64,000 nucleotides of DNA, from positions 3,005,130 to 3,069,129 of the forward strand of contig MU054391.1 of the NCBI GenBank assembly GCA_013239625.1. Reading direction: 5' to 3'. The translations under genes were made by a program, and so were the position numbers. The notes under the pieces are model-generated. The model had not been told where the DNA came from and made no database searches. It worked only from the letters and a program-made list of their open reading frames with translations. This document shows, one piece after another, positions 49,689 to 61,613 of this stretch. The DNA is from Lama guanicoe. Lineage: Eukaryota. The stretch's first letter is position 1, and each line of letters starts with the position of its first letter.

Positions 49689-50362
49689 AAGGGTGTGCCC
49701 TGTTCCTCTCTGTACACCCAAGATCGAGCCCGACAGGCGACATGTTACAGACTCACAGTCAATGTATGTAAAGCAAGTTTAGATACAACTTAATAACGGA
49801 AGATGATCAGGACTGAAATGACAAGGCAAAAGAATTCCCAGAAATGTGTACGGCAAATAGGAAATGAATTGACCAGACACGGGAGGAAACAGAAGAGATG
49901 AAACAGCATTAGACAAAGGAAAGTATAAATGCATATGAAAAGAAGGTAATGTGCTTTCTGTGATTAAAAACCGTAATTGGTTCAACATGGCTAAGGAATG
50001 TCAGAAAGGAAGGTTGAGAGGAAATTATAAGACTCTCTGAAGCTCAGGCTGAGACTTTATGGACGTGTCTATGGGCCAGGCGAGGACGCTTATGAACACA
50101 TCCCGTGGGCGATTCTTTCTGGCCTCTCCGTTGTGAAGATAGGGATAATCTCCTCGAGCCTCAGTTCCTCACATGTGAAGTCAAGAGGTTAGATTCCTAG
50201 GTGGTCCCTGAGGTCTCCTTCTCAGCCGCTCCCTGTGACGTGGGGCAGGGCTGGCTTGCCCCACGTAGGTGGGGCTCTGGAAAGTGTTCCCCTCCCGGGT
50301 GGGTCTCCTCTGAGCCCAGGGCCATAAGTAACTGGCCTCCTCACTGAGCTTCCTTTCCTATC

Positions 50363-50712
50363 TTTTTATTTGTTTGTTTTCTTCTTTTTCACTGAGGTGT
50401 AATTGACATGTAATGTCGTGTCAGCTTCAGGTGTCAACGTAATGACTTGCTATTTGCATACACTTCCAAACGATCACCACGAAGAGTCTCATTGCTACCC
50501 GTCACCAGCCTGTCACCGTCTTATTTACAAATGCATTTTTCGTGTGATGAGAACTTTTAAGATTGATTCACTCAGCAACTTCCAAGTATGCAGTACAACA
50601 TCAATCACTGTCATCCCAGGCTGTACACTGCGTGCCCAGGACTCATTTATTTTATAGCTGGAAGTTTGTACCTTTTGATCCTCTTCACCCATTTGTCTAC
50701 CCCCCACCCTTT
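50363..50712 (-). mobile_element. L1MA9-like 3' UTR fragment
   Basis: actgaggtgtaattgacat...gtgatgagaacttttaagat...ctcagcaacttccaagtatgcagtaca...tagctggaagtttgtaccttttga. Confidence 0.85.
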
Positions 50713-51536
50713 CCTAACCATCTTGAAGATGATTCTTTACCTCGGGACTTTATGAGCACGTAAGGTAATTAGTTGAAGAGAACCAAATACATTTTGCTCA
50801 AGAGAGGCAGCCTGCCATGCAGAGAAGTGCTTGTCGGCAGAGGAAGGGCAGAGCTGAGTCAGAGGCCAGGACCCAGACCAGAGCTGAGATGACTTCTCAT
50901 TGAGAAGGGCGGAGGCATTCTGACAAGGGGCTGAAGCAGGAGCCAGAACTCCGGAGCGGGTCCTGTAGGTCTGGGGTGGCCGGAGCAGACAAGTTCTGCA
51001 ATGCTGGTGTCAACGTGGCTGGGCTCAGAGAAGGTCAAAAGTGCCCCAAGAGGACGCAGCAGAACCACCAAGGCTGCCTGGTTGTGTGTCCATGGGTTTA
51101 AGCTCCCAACCGTTTTCCATGGAAGTTTCCACTTGTGCTTCAGAAAAACTGAAAGTTCCCAAGTTACTGATGGCAGTTTGGAGGCAAACCGACTCAGCAG
51201 AAGCTCTGACTGGCCAATATGAAGGCAGTTTGGCAAACAACTCAGAGAAATGCATTTATCATCCTATCCTACAGGCAATTTGCATGGTTCTGCGGCAGAA
51301 TAAAAATGTAATGTGGACCTCTGGACATTAAAGTATTTTTCCCTACTATGGCCTAATCTCAGAAGAAGGCTTTGTACGTGAGGAGCCCCTCTGACTGCCT
51401 CTTTCACAGGATGCTTTGACTCAGTCTTTTATTCACACGTGTAGGATAAAATGCTACCCAAACACATGAAGCAAAGGTTTTTGAGCTTATGGGATTTTAC
51501 GAGAACAATGAGGGTCATAAAATACACGTATGTGTA

Positions 51537-51716
51537 CAGAGCCCGATTCATGAGCTTACAACCCGTGCCGTCCCCCGCAGGCCCCGTGCTCCGCAGGGGC
51601 CCACCGTGGGTTGGTTAATGCTTTGCTGTCGTGTTTTGAAAGTCTCAGTAATTTTTTTTAAAAAGGCTCAACATTTTCATTTTGTGCTGGGTCCTACAAA
51701 TGACATAGTGATTTTG
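51537..51716 (+). mobile_element. MER91A-like hAT DNA transposon
   Basis: cagagcccgattcatg...ggccccgtgctc...ttggttaatgctttgctgtcg...ttttcattttgtgctgggtcctacaaat; tatgtgta/tatgtatg flanks. Confidence 0.7.
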
Positions 51717-51734
51717 TATGTATGTGTAGATGGG

Positions 51735-51736
<2 letters not shown>

Positions 51737-51777
<41 letters not shown>

Positions 51778-51803
51778 GTAGGTAGATAGATAGACAGACA
51801 GAC
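51737..51803 (+). repeat. (GATA)n/(GGTA)/(GACA) tetranucleotide microsatellite
   Basis: Direct reading. Confidence 0.95.
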
Positions 51804-54800
51804 AATGATGGTGGTGGTGATAGAAATGAATGAAGGAAATGAACTTGGGGGAAGGGGATGAGACTCCTACTGTAGGCTGAGTGGCTGGACCATCATGTTT
51901 CCGCAAACTCTCTCTTCCTCTGCTCATCCTATCTAGAGAGGATATTTCCAGCCAATTATTAATAGAGAATGGAAATGCTCTAAAGCAACTATTTTTTATG
52001 AGCTGCACCAAGATTAGTTTGCATGCTTCATTAAACGGAGTTAACATTATTTATGTGGGTACTTTAAAAGAGATTAGAAAGCCACTTCTTCCTGAAAAGG
52101 TAGTATATTTGTCAATAACTTTCCTGCCACCTTTCTTTATCTCAAACTTCATGCCTAAGAACCAGCTAATCCTCAGTGAAAAATATGCCTGGTACGTTGC
52201 CACCTCAAGCATCCCCCAGACTCCCCCAAGTTCATTCCAGACATGCAGTCGGTGGACTTCAGGCCTGAGTTACACAGTGACTAAGTGTGCTGCGGGCTGA
52301 AGCCCGTTGTGTGACCGCTGGATGTGCGGCTTGGAGACACTCACATGGGGAGAAATGCTCACAGTGATGAGTCTGTTCCAGAGAATAGATGCTGGAAATT
52401 CTCCAAGACTCAGTGTGAATTCCCATTGTATTATGATTTTGATGATTTCGTATAAGTAGTTTCCTGTATTTCCGCCATTCAGGCATTCTACATTTGGGCT
52501 GACTTAAATGTGTGTGTGTGTGTGTTTGTGTATATACATATGCTTTCTTTCTGATTAAGGAAAATCACTGATTCTGAATTATTAGTGCTAGAAGAACAAT
52601 TTGGCATTATCCACTTCATTATTTTACAATTTTCAAGGATTTAGGCATTGACTATATATATCTCTATATATATCTCTCTATATATATAGAGATATATATA
52701 GATATATATATATATATGCCACGTCTTTATTTCCCATATACAGAACAATTACTCCTAAATATTACTTAAAATCAGTTCACTTTGACTATTAAACAAATTT
52801 AGTCTCCTTTTAAGCAACAATATCTATTAAACCTTAGGTTGAATAAGCTAGTTTTATGTTTTCAAAACACACATGGGCACACACACATGTGTGTAACTAT
52901 TTTTCCCAAAGTTTATCTGACGACCTAAAAATGGTTCATGTCTCTCTCTAAACACACACTCCAGCTTGAAGTATAGAGATATAGTTCCAACTTCTCTTGG
53001 TACACATGAGCCAATGAAAGCAGAGTGAACTTATTAAAATAAAGAAAAGATTATCCCATGGTCCAAGGGAAAATCAGAGTCTTAAAAAAATAAATCTTAT
53101 ATTCTTTACCCTGTAATTTCTTACCTCTATCTCTTTGATAAGTTACTTAAAATCCCTGAACCTCAGTTTTCTCTTACGTGGAGCTTGAGTTTAATCACCA
53201 TCCTAGCCCCTAAGAGATTTCTGACCCCTGCATCAGCCCACGGAGGGAAAATTAACGATGGGAGTGATAGGTACAGATGATGTGTGACCTGGTCAAGACT
53301 GTGAGTATTTTTTCTGAGTGACATAGGAGACCACCGCCCAAGGTCACAAGAGTAGTTGTGTACCAAGGCTAGCTGACAGACCATGAACAAAACCAAACTG
53401 TCTTAACTCTCAATCCAGTGACCTTGGTGCGGAATGAAATAAATTAATTAGATGTTGAATAAACGTCCCTCGAATCAAGCCTCTGTTTTCAAGGCGTTAG
53501 GTTTTTATACGGCTGATAATGCCCATAGGACATGGATAACATTTTCTGATGAGACTATATGAATACTGTTTTGCGAAATGATCATTGGTTCCCTGATTAT
53601 TGTCTGACGTGATTGCTTCCTGGCCATTTATCGCTTAAGCAAAAGGTAGAATGATTGGTTCGTTTCTGATTTTTTTTCTTTCAATCTAAACATATGGTTC
53701 TGTTTAAATGTGTCCATGTTTGCAACTTACAGTTGACGTTTTTGGCACTCAGAATAGTATCTTGCAATTATACTTAGTTTAGAAAGAAGGGTTTGCTTTA
53801 ACAGCAGAATGCATGAAATAAAAAAAGTTCAAGTCAAATTTATTGGCTGCTGAGAGCCCTGGAGAATGCAGACGTCTGGTCTGGGGGAACTCAATGGATT
53901 TCTGTTCTTCGTACATGCACCCACTTGTGTGTTCATGTCCCACCCCCATCCTCACGGCCATTACATGAAAGCATCTGAGTGTTGTACAAGGCTAAAGCTT
54001 TTTGTGTTAATCTATCCCATATGGAGTAGGCATTAAACAGACAGCGAATTCACTCAAGGCCTGGGGGCAAGCAAGCATTTGTAACATGGGGACACTGTCA
54101 AGGGACTTGTGTAGCAAAGAATAAGGAAAAAAAATAGAGAAAAGGGCATATGGAAAGTAAGAATACGCTGTAGGCTGCATTCAGCCTGGAAATCATTGTG
54201 AAGACTCTGGCGATACTGGACATTCGCAAACAGCTACGGAGACTCCCCCGAGGAAGGTTACTTCCATTACAACGCTGTGCCCAGGAGACACATAGATTTA
54301 CCCTATTTCTGTGTCTAACTGCAGAAATTAGACCCAGAAAGAGAATGATTCAGTGAAACTCAATAGTGTCCCCACACCGGATCCTAGACATATGGAAATT
54401 AATGAAACGCAGGAGTTCTGCAAAAGTCATAGACGTGCACATGGTGAACGCTTTGTCATTAAAGCAAAAATATTTTATGTTTTAAGTACTCAATTTGAAG
54501 CAAGTGACAGAGATGTTGAGACATCTCGGTGGTTAGAGTGGCTGTACCAAAAGCAAGAGATGATCAGTTCAGCTTGTCTTGTAGCGACAGATGGTGGGGA
54601 GTGGGGAGACATCTGGGGCAACGGAGGTTTCTGAAGCAAACCGGGAGAGAGAGGCGTTTGTGCAGGTGACCCAGGCTCAAGGACAGAGTCAGTCCCCAGC
54701 AGAGAGGGACTGGGAGTCAGTACCGAGGCTCCCCAGTTAGAACGGTTTATTTCCATCATGTCTTGCCTACATTTTTGCTTCTTTATTAGCTTTAAAATAG

Positions 54801-55179
54801 CTTGTTCTAAAATACAGATTCATTCCTTCTGGGTAATTTTATTCTTTATTTATCCTTACACAGTCCTTAAAGGACTCTTTCAGGTGATGTAATCCCAGCA
54901 CCTATGAATGGAGATCTCTTGTGCAGAACGAGCCCAAGCAAAGCCTGGAAAACCATTCGTCCAGCAGAACACATGCCCTAGTGGGTTTGTGAAGAGAGGG
55001 AGTCTGGGGCTGGATGATGTCTGCAGTCTCTTCTAGATCTGAGACGATTACTCTATGAAAGGTCTTTGGCTTCAAGGAGCCCCGCAAACAAGATGAGTCT
55101 GATGGTACTTCTCCCCTCCACTGCCCGGATCGATGGATGGATGGATGGATGGATGATCTCATAGGGAACAGCCCTCTGA

Positions 55180-55830
55180 CTCATTCACATCAACATTCTT
55201 CTTGTTAACAAATTTCTGCTGAACAAAAACTGAGTGTGTGCCCTGAGCCAGGCACTATGTGATAAGCACTGAGGAAGCCAAAGTAGACACACGGGCCTCA
55301 CCTTTGTTCTCATGGAGTATACAGTTTGGAGTATACAGTTTGGAGGAGGAACACAAATGTCGCTCAAACAACCACAGTGAAAAATATACACATAAGGGTG
55401 AATATAAGAAGTTGGCAGGACAAGAATGTGATTCCATGCATCATGCAATCAAAGAGCTTGAGCTGAGGCAGACTGGACAGTCAGGGAAGGCTTCTTGGAG
55501 GAGATGGTATTTGAACCTAAATCTGAAGAATAAGATAATTTAAGGAGAGAAAGGAGGGGATGGGCTTCTGGAGAGATGAAAGAGCTCGGCCCGAGGGAGA
55601 GGGAAAGTTGTGACATTAAAAAACCAAATGGGGCCCAGGGGACTAGAGGAGAAAGTGGGAAGGAGAGCAGTGAGGAAAGTATCCTGGTGCAGGAGCTACT
55701 TAGGGACTCAGAGACCAGGTGGAGGATTCTGCCTTGATCCAAAGTGATGGAGGAAGACACCAGAGGTTTTAAACTGAAGGTTAACATAATTAGGTTTGAA
55801 CTTGAAAGCATCAATTTGGCATCCACTTAC
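55180..55830 (-). mobile_element. L2 fragment containing a 14-bp tandem duplication (tggagtatacagtt x2)
   Basis: gccaggcactatgtgataagcactgagga...ctcatggag...gtcagggaaggcttcttggaggagatggtatttgaacc. Confidence 0.8.
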
Positions 55831-56147
55831 CTAGAGACAACCTAGCTGAGATCTTTTTTGAATCAACTCTGTGTTACACTCCCTCATTAGACAATTCTCA
55901 GAAAACCTTCCTCACGAGGTGCTTGCTCTGCATATCGGCGGCAGGGCTAATTAGCTCACAATAGCTTAGGCCCAGTGGGTGCTACCACCCGGGGTGTCCC
56001 AGCCATTTTGTGCAGAAGAGCCTCTTTAATTTCCTCAAGAAGTTGATGTCATTGGGAAAAAACCAGGAGACACAGTAAGGTGTCTGAACAAAGACTGTGT
56101 TTGGAGAAGAAATTTAATTAACTATTGAGATCACTGAACAACAGATC

Positions 56148-56287
56148 TTTATTTATTTACTTATTTTTGGTTGGGGAAGTAATTCGGTTTATTTATATAT
56201 TTATTTTAGAGGAGGTACTGGGGATTGCACCCAGGGCCTTGTGTGTGCTAAGCATGCACTCTACCACTTGAGCTGTACCCTCCCCCC
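56148..56287 (-). mobile_element. Camelid vic-1-like SINE, young
   Basis: Reverse complement ggggagggtacagctcaagtggtagagtgcatgcttagcacacacaaggccctgggtgcaatccccagtacctcc; perfect TSD actgaacaacagatc (56133-56147 / 56288-56302). Confidence 0.95.
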
Positions 56288-56451
56288 ACTGAACAACAGA
56301 TCCTTGAGAGCATGGGGTAGGAGGAAGAGCAGCCCATAGAGGAAACAGAAATCCAGTTCCCTCCTGGACAGAACAGTTGGCGACTTTGGGCTTCTGTTTA
56401 CGTGCTTAAAAAATAGGTTTGTGCATTCACACAGCACTTGTGTTCTTTCTT

Positions 56452-56722
56452 GTGTTTATTTATTTATTTAGTTGATGTGCAGTTGATTTACATTGTTGTG
56501 TTAATTTCTGGTATATAGCACAGTTATACATATATGTATTCTTTGTCATATTCTTTTTCATTATTAATTATTGCAAGCTATTGAATGCAGTTCCCTTGCT
56601 CTACAGTAGGTCCTTGTTGTTTATCTCTTCTATATACAGTAGTTAGTATCTGCTAATCCCAAACTCCCAATTTACCCCCTCCCCCCTTTCTCTGTCAGTA
56701 ACCAGAAGTTTGTTTTCTATGC
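56452..56722 (-). mobile_element. Cetartiodactyl L1 3' UTR fragment
   Basis: cagttgatttacattgttgtgttaatttctggt...tacagtaggtccttgttgtttatc...gttagtatctgctaatcccaaactcccaatt; antisense paralog of 1-431. Confidence 0.9.
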
Positions 56723-56879
56723 CTTGTTTTTAAATAATGCACCCATGTACCAAGTCCTGTGCTAAGCTGTGGGGATAAAAAAATAAATGAGCCTGGGGCC
56801 AGTCTTCCAGTCACCGGCATCCTCCCGGGGGAGGTGAGAATCCGGCGTCAGTGGGGTACCGACCTCGTTCTAGACCCTG

Positions 56880-57055
56880 GGCTCGGTGCTTCCAGGTGCA
56901 TCTCATCATTTAACTCGGACCACAACCAGGAGAGGCCAATAGCTTCCTCAGAGAGAGGAGGCACCAGACCTAAGGCCAGGCTGTCCGGTACGTGACCAAG
57001 CCAAACGTCACGGGCAAGTCTGTCTGGTTTCAGGACCCGTGTTCTTTCCACTGTA
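56880..57055 (-). mobile_element. MIR fragment
   Basis: gcatctcatcatttaactc...cagagagaggag...gtctgtctggtttcaggacccgtgttctttccact. Confidence 0.55.
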
Positions 57056-58294
57056 ACGCAGTGTGAGCCAGTCGTTACAGAACAGTGATAAGCGTTTTGG
57101 AGGGGGTAGGTATGCGGGGGTGGGGGTAGTATGTAACACTAAAAATAGCAACCCTGCTGCCTCCCGGGGATGTCCCCAGGGTCACATGCGCTGATGGCCT
57201 TGAAAGCGCTTTGTAAACTAAGGAGCCCTATGTCACTGTGAGGGGTCACTATCGCCCGTAGAACTGGCCCTGCTGCATTAGGGCGCCGCGTCCCAGGGTG
57301 AGGGCTGCATGCTGAGACTCTAGCTATTTCATTCATTCGTTTCCAGGACTTTCTCGGCATGCACTGAGCCCTGGGGGTGGGTCTGTCAGCCGGCATCTCA
57401 TGCGTCCTAAATGGCAGTCGAGGGCTGTCAGCTGTGCGGGGACATTCCTGGGTGCTGAGTGCCGGAATGACACTTAACGTTTTTATCTCTAAGCTGAAAG
57501 GGAAAGGATTGATTTAGCCTGGCACGTCCCAAGGAAGAGCCTCCGTCCCTCCCTCCCTCCCTCCCAGTTGCTGGAACCCAGAGCTGAGAGCCCTCCCCAT
57601 GGGAGCCCCCACTGTGGTCCCAGCTGTTTCCGGGCAGGGCTGCCCGTGGAGACAAGCGCCAAGCCTGAGGCCAGGGCCTGGATGAGTCACCGGCCCCACC
57701 TTGCCAGGGTTCAGGGCAAGGGACGGCTGGGAGACAAGGCCTGTTTAAAATTACAGGGGTTTTCCAGGCAGCCCCAGCAGGGGCTGGGGGATTATCCACA
57801 GCTATGTTCAGCAGCCAGAGTGACAACAGGGCTGTGTGACCCAGTCGGAGTCCTCCAGGGGGGATGTGCGGAGAGGCTGAGGCCGGAGGTGCTGCGCTGA
57901 CCATCCGAGCGGTCACTGCGGGGACCACCGTCTGTGAGAATGTGTATTAATGTGTGTGTGTGGGGGGGGTCTGTCATCTCATTACAGACTTATACCCCGA
58001 CTCCTGACACCAGGGTTTTGTTTTTGTTTTTGTTTTCTTCTGCTTTGTTTTTTGAGACTGTGGCAAGAAGTAGAAAAATGGGGAGAGGGAGCCAAGGGGA
58101 AAAGAAGAAAGACTGACTGGGGCCCGAGGCCCGGAAGACCTGCCCCTACAGCCTGGGGGTGGGGGTGCGGCGGAGGGTTCCCTGGGGCTCAGCCACGCGT
58201 GAGGAGCAGTTCTGGAAGTGGCATTAGAGTGGCTCTGTGGTTTGGACAAACACAAAGGGAAAGAAAAGAAAGAAAAATTTATGGACTCTTCTTC

Positions 58295-58632
58295 TTAATA
58301 TATTTTATGGATTGATTGATGATTGAAGCTCGGTCAGTTTACAGTGCTTGTCAATTTCTGGTGGACAGTAATTGTCAGTCATACACATATTTGCAGATTT
58401 TTTTCATATTCTTCTCCATTATAGGTTACTACGAGACACTGAATACAGGTTCCCGTGCTGTACAGAAGAAACTGGTTGTTTCTCTATTTCATATACGGTA
58501 GTCAACATCTGCAAATCTCGAGCTCCCAGTTTACCCCTTCCTACTTCCTTCCCCCCGCCCCACCCCGGTAACCGTAAGTTTGTCTTCGATGCCTGTGAGT
58601 CTATTTCTGTTTCGTAAATAAGTTCACATGTG
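58295..58632 (-). mobile_element. Cetartiodactyl/camelid L1 3' UTR fragment, CpG-rich
   Basis: gtcagtttacagtgcttgtcaatttctggtg...catattcttctccattataggttact...ggtaaccgtaagtttgtcttc...gagtctatttctgtttcgtaaataagttca. Confidence 0.88.
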
Positions 58633-58650
58633 TGAGGACTTTTTCAAACC

Positions 58651-58982
58651 TTATTTTTTATTGAGGTCTTATCGGTTTAAACATTGTGTGTTTCATGTGT
58701 ACATTGCTCCTCTGCTTCTGTTACCCCCGATGCGCTCACCTCCAAAAGCTTAGTTTCCATTTGTCACCCCACAAGTGGTCCCTCGCCCGATTCGCCCTTC
58801 CCTGCCCCCTCCCCTCTGGTGACCACTACTCTGTCCTCTGTATCTTTGTGTTTGGTCTTGTTTGGTTTTGCCTATCTATTCTTTGTTTTTAATATCCCAC
58901 ATATGAGTGGAATTATGTGGTATTTATCTTCTTCTATCTGATTTACTTCACTTAGCATAATACCCCCAGGTCCATCCATTCC
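58651..58982 (-). mobile_element. Second, different L1 3' end adjacent in the same orientation
   Basis: ttattgagg...ccctctggtgaccactactctg...atcccacatatgagtggaattatgtggtattt...tgatttacttcacttagcataata. Confidence 0.85.
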
Positions 58983-60751
58983 ACCTTTTTAAGCGGATGA
59001 GTAGCACCCCCCGTATACAAACACACCTTCTCACGGGGCCCTTGGCATCTGCTCGTTGAGACGTTCAGGTACAGGACGACCTCCCGTTCTAGCAGCTTTG
59101 GTTGCTCTGCTCTCCTCCTGGAACATGGCACAGCCTGCAAGTGGCTCTGGGTGGGGCGGGGACAGGGCAGGCCCTGCCGTCTCCTGCAGGTGGGCGTAGT
59201 TTTTAGGGAAAGCTCCACACACTGGCAAGTAAACGCTACCTTAAGAGCAAAGACAATGAAAAAAAATCCCATTGTTGATCAAAGTGTGTTTCAGCAAAAC
59301 AGCGATGGGTTTCAAGTTCTCAGGACTCCTGCCTGGCAGAATACCCACCCGCCGGCACCTAAATCACCGTTCGCCCGTGAGCCACTTGAATATTAAATGC
59401 CCACTTTTTCTAAAAGGAAGTTTTAAGAGTGTCATCCCTGAAGGGCCCTGGCCCCGCTTGTTTTGGAAGCTCTACGCACATGCACCGCAGAGCTCGCACC
59501 ACAGAGCTTATACCACAGACGCTCCAATCTTGTGCTGGTTTAAGAAAATCATGCAGGGATCTTTCCTTTGTATTTTTGCAAGGACCTTGGGGTCACAGAC
59601 AAAGGGTTATTTTCATGTCTGTCTTCAGCATTATTATTATAAGAAATTAATATCAGCCACCTTATCTAGGAATGCTTTCAGGGTCGTGACCTGACCCGAA
59701 TTGTGAACCCAAAGCTGAACTGAACCATATTAATTTGCAAAACCCGCCTCTGAAACTGAAACCGGGTAGTGATTTTAGCTGAAATGTACACCGGAGCGAC
59801 ATCTTCTAAAAACGTGACTTGGCTTGATGTATCTCAAAAGCTAATGAAATGATGGAGAAACATCTCTGACCGATGGATCATCCGAGCTTTATTTGTAACA
59901 TGAGTCAAAGCACATGCAGTGTGACTAAAATAATTAAAAAATAGAAAAAAGAAACACTCAGGGTCTCCCCGTGACTGAGCCATCAGCTTGGCAGACGGTC
60001 CTGGGCGGGGGGAGCTGGTGCTGGCGAGGCTGAAGACCCAGTCCAGGAGCTGGCCCAGGGCACGGGGCAGCCCCAGGGCTGGGGGTGGTGACCCTGAGCT
60101 TGGGGACAGGTCAAGGTCAGGCTGGGGAGGAGAGGGAGTGAAATAGTGGGGGGTCTCCTCCTGGGGTGCCCAGGAAAGGGGTTTAAACCTTTTCTAACCC
60201 TGATGAGAGAGAAACATGCCAGATGGTAAGTGAGCCCATACACTGAATAAATAATTCAACACGGAGTTGGAAACTTCCCTTGGTTCACTCCGCTTCGGAA
60301 TACTGCTTTCAGTTTCTCGCTGAGATCTGTTCCGCGTCCAGATTGGGGTCGGTCAGGGAAGATAAAGAAGGAAAGAAAGTAAAGAGACTGCTCTCATTTC
60401 TTGCAAGAGACTCCGCTCCCTGTGAAAACAGCCCCAGCCCAGCCTCCAAAGGTCCGGAGGCCCCTCCCCACGTCACCATCGTCCCACCCTGTCTCCCGTC
60501 TGCGGCCAAAGCAGTGACTGATCACGTGAGTAAAACAGACTTACAAGCACCCCCTCGCCCTCCAGCCCGGCCCGATGCCACCCACGCCCATCGTCCACCA
60601 ACCGTCCCGCTCCCCACGCCCCGCCCTGCCTCTGCCTCCCGCGTGTCCAGATGCCCCCCGTGTACTTGCTCAACTTCCCGAAATAGTCCTTCCTCTAAAA
60701 ACACACCTCCTCTCTGAGCTCTCGTTTTATCCCCCCTTTTATTTTCGCAGC

Positions 60752-61613
60752 TGTATCAGTTTTCTCGGGGGTTGTAACAGTTACAACTGGGTGGCCTGAA
60801 ACAACCACCGTTTTGGAAGCCAGAGTCCAAATTTAGTTCCCCCCCAAAACCTTTAAAGAAAGGTGGGGTCGAATTGTGTTCCCCCCAAGTTCTCATGCTG
60901 AGGTCCTAACACCCAGGACCTTAGAAACCTCAGAAGGTGACTTTATTTGGAGACAGGTTCATTGCAGCTTTAGTTAAGATGGGGTCAACTAGAAGAGGGT
61001 GGCCCTGCGCCAGTGAGACCGGTGTCCTTGGGAGAGGGTGTCTGGACACAGCCCCAGGAGAACAGCCTGCGACGTGAAGGCAGAGGAGGGAGTGACGTGT
61101 CTACACGTAGGAAACACAGACGGATGCCAGCCAACTCCCAGCAGCTGGGAGAGAGGCGTGGAGCAGACCCTCCCCTGGAGCCTTTGGAGGGAGCGTGGGC
61201 CCGCCGACACCTTGCTCTCAGACCTCCACCCTCCAGAGCTGGGAGACAACCCGTCTCTGTCACTGAGGTCACTCAGCCCGTGGGACCTTATTGCGGCAGG
61301 CCTGGCACACACGGGGGCCTCCTTTCCTGCCTGTCCCCACCTCTGGCCGCTCTGGAAATCCTTGCCAGCCCTAGGGCTGCAGCTGCGCGCTCCAGTCCTG
61401 CCCCCACCACCGCACGCAGCCTTCTCCCTGTGGCTGGGCCTGGCCTTCCCTCCTCCTGTCAGGGCAGGGGTCATACTGGCTGAGGGCCACCCTAGTGGCT
61501 TTATCTCAGCTTAATTCCATCTGCAAAGACCCTGCTTCCAAATAAGATCACAATCCTCAGTGCTGGGAGGTCAGGATGTCACATATCTCTCTGGGGGACA
61601 CAGTTCAACCCAA
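60752..61613 (-). mobile_element. MLT1B/C-like LTR (outer element, split into about 60752-60835 and 61318-61613)
   Basis: tgtatcagttttctc...gtaaca...aactgggtggcctgaaacaac, then catctgcaaagaccctgcttccaaataagatcaca...ggggacacagttcaaccc. Confidence 0.75.
60862..61315 (+). mobile_element. MLT1C-like LTR (inner element, opposite orientation)
   Basis: gtcgaattgtgttcccccc...gaggtcctaac...cctcagaaggtgactttatttggagacagg...gccgacaccttgctctcagac...ccagagctgggagacaa...ttattgcggcag. Confidence 0.85.

Noticed and set aside
60985..61514. Four overlapping 95-161 aa ORFs
   Set aside because: Lie within GC-shifted MLT1 LTRs
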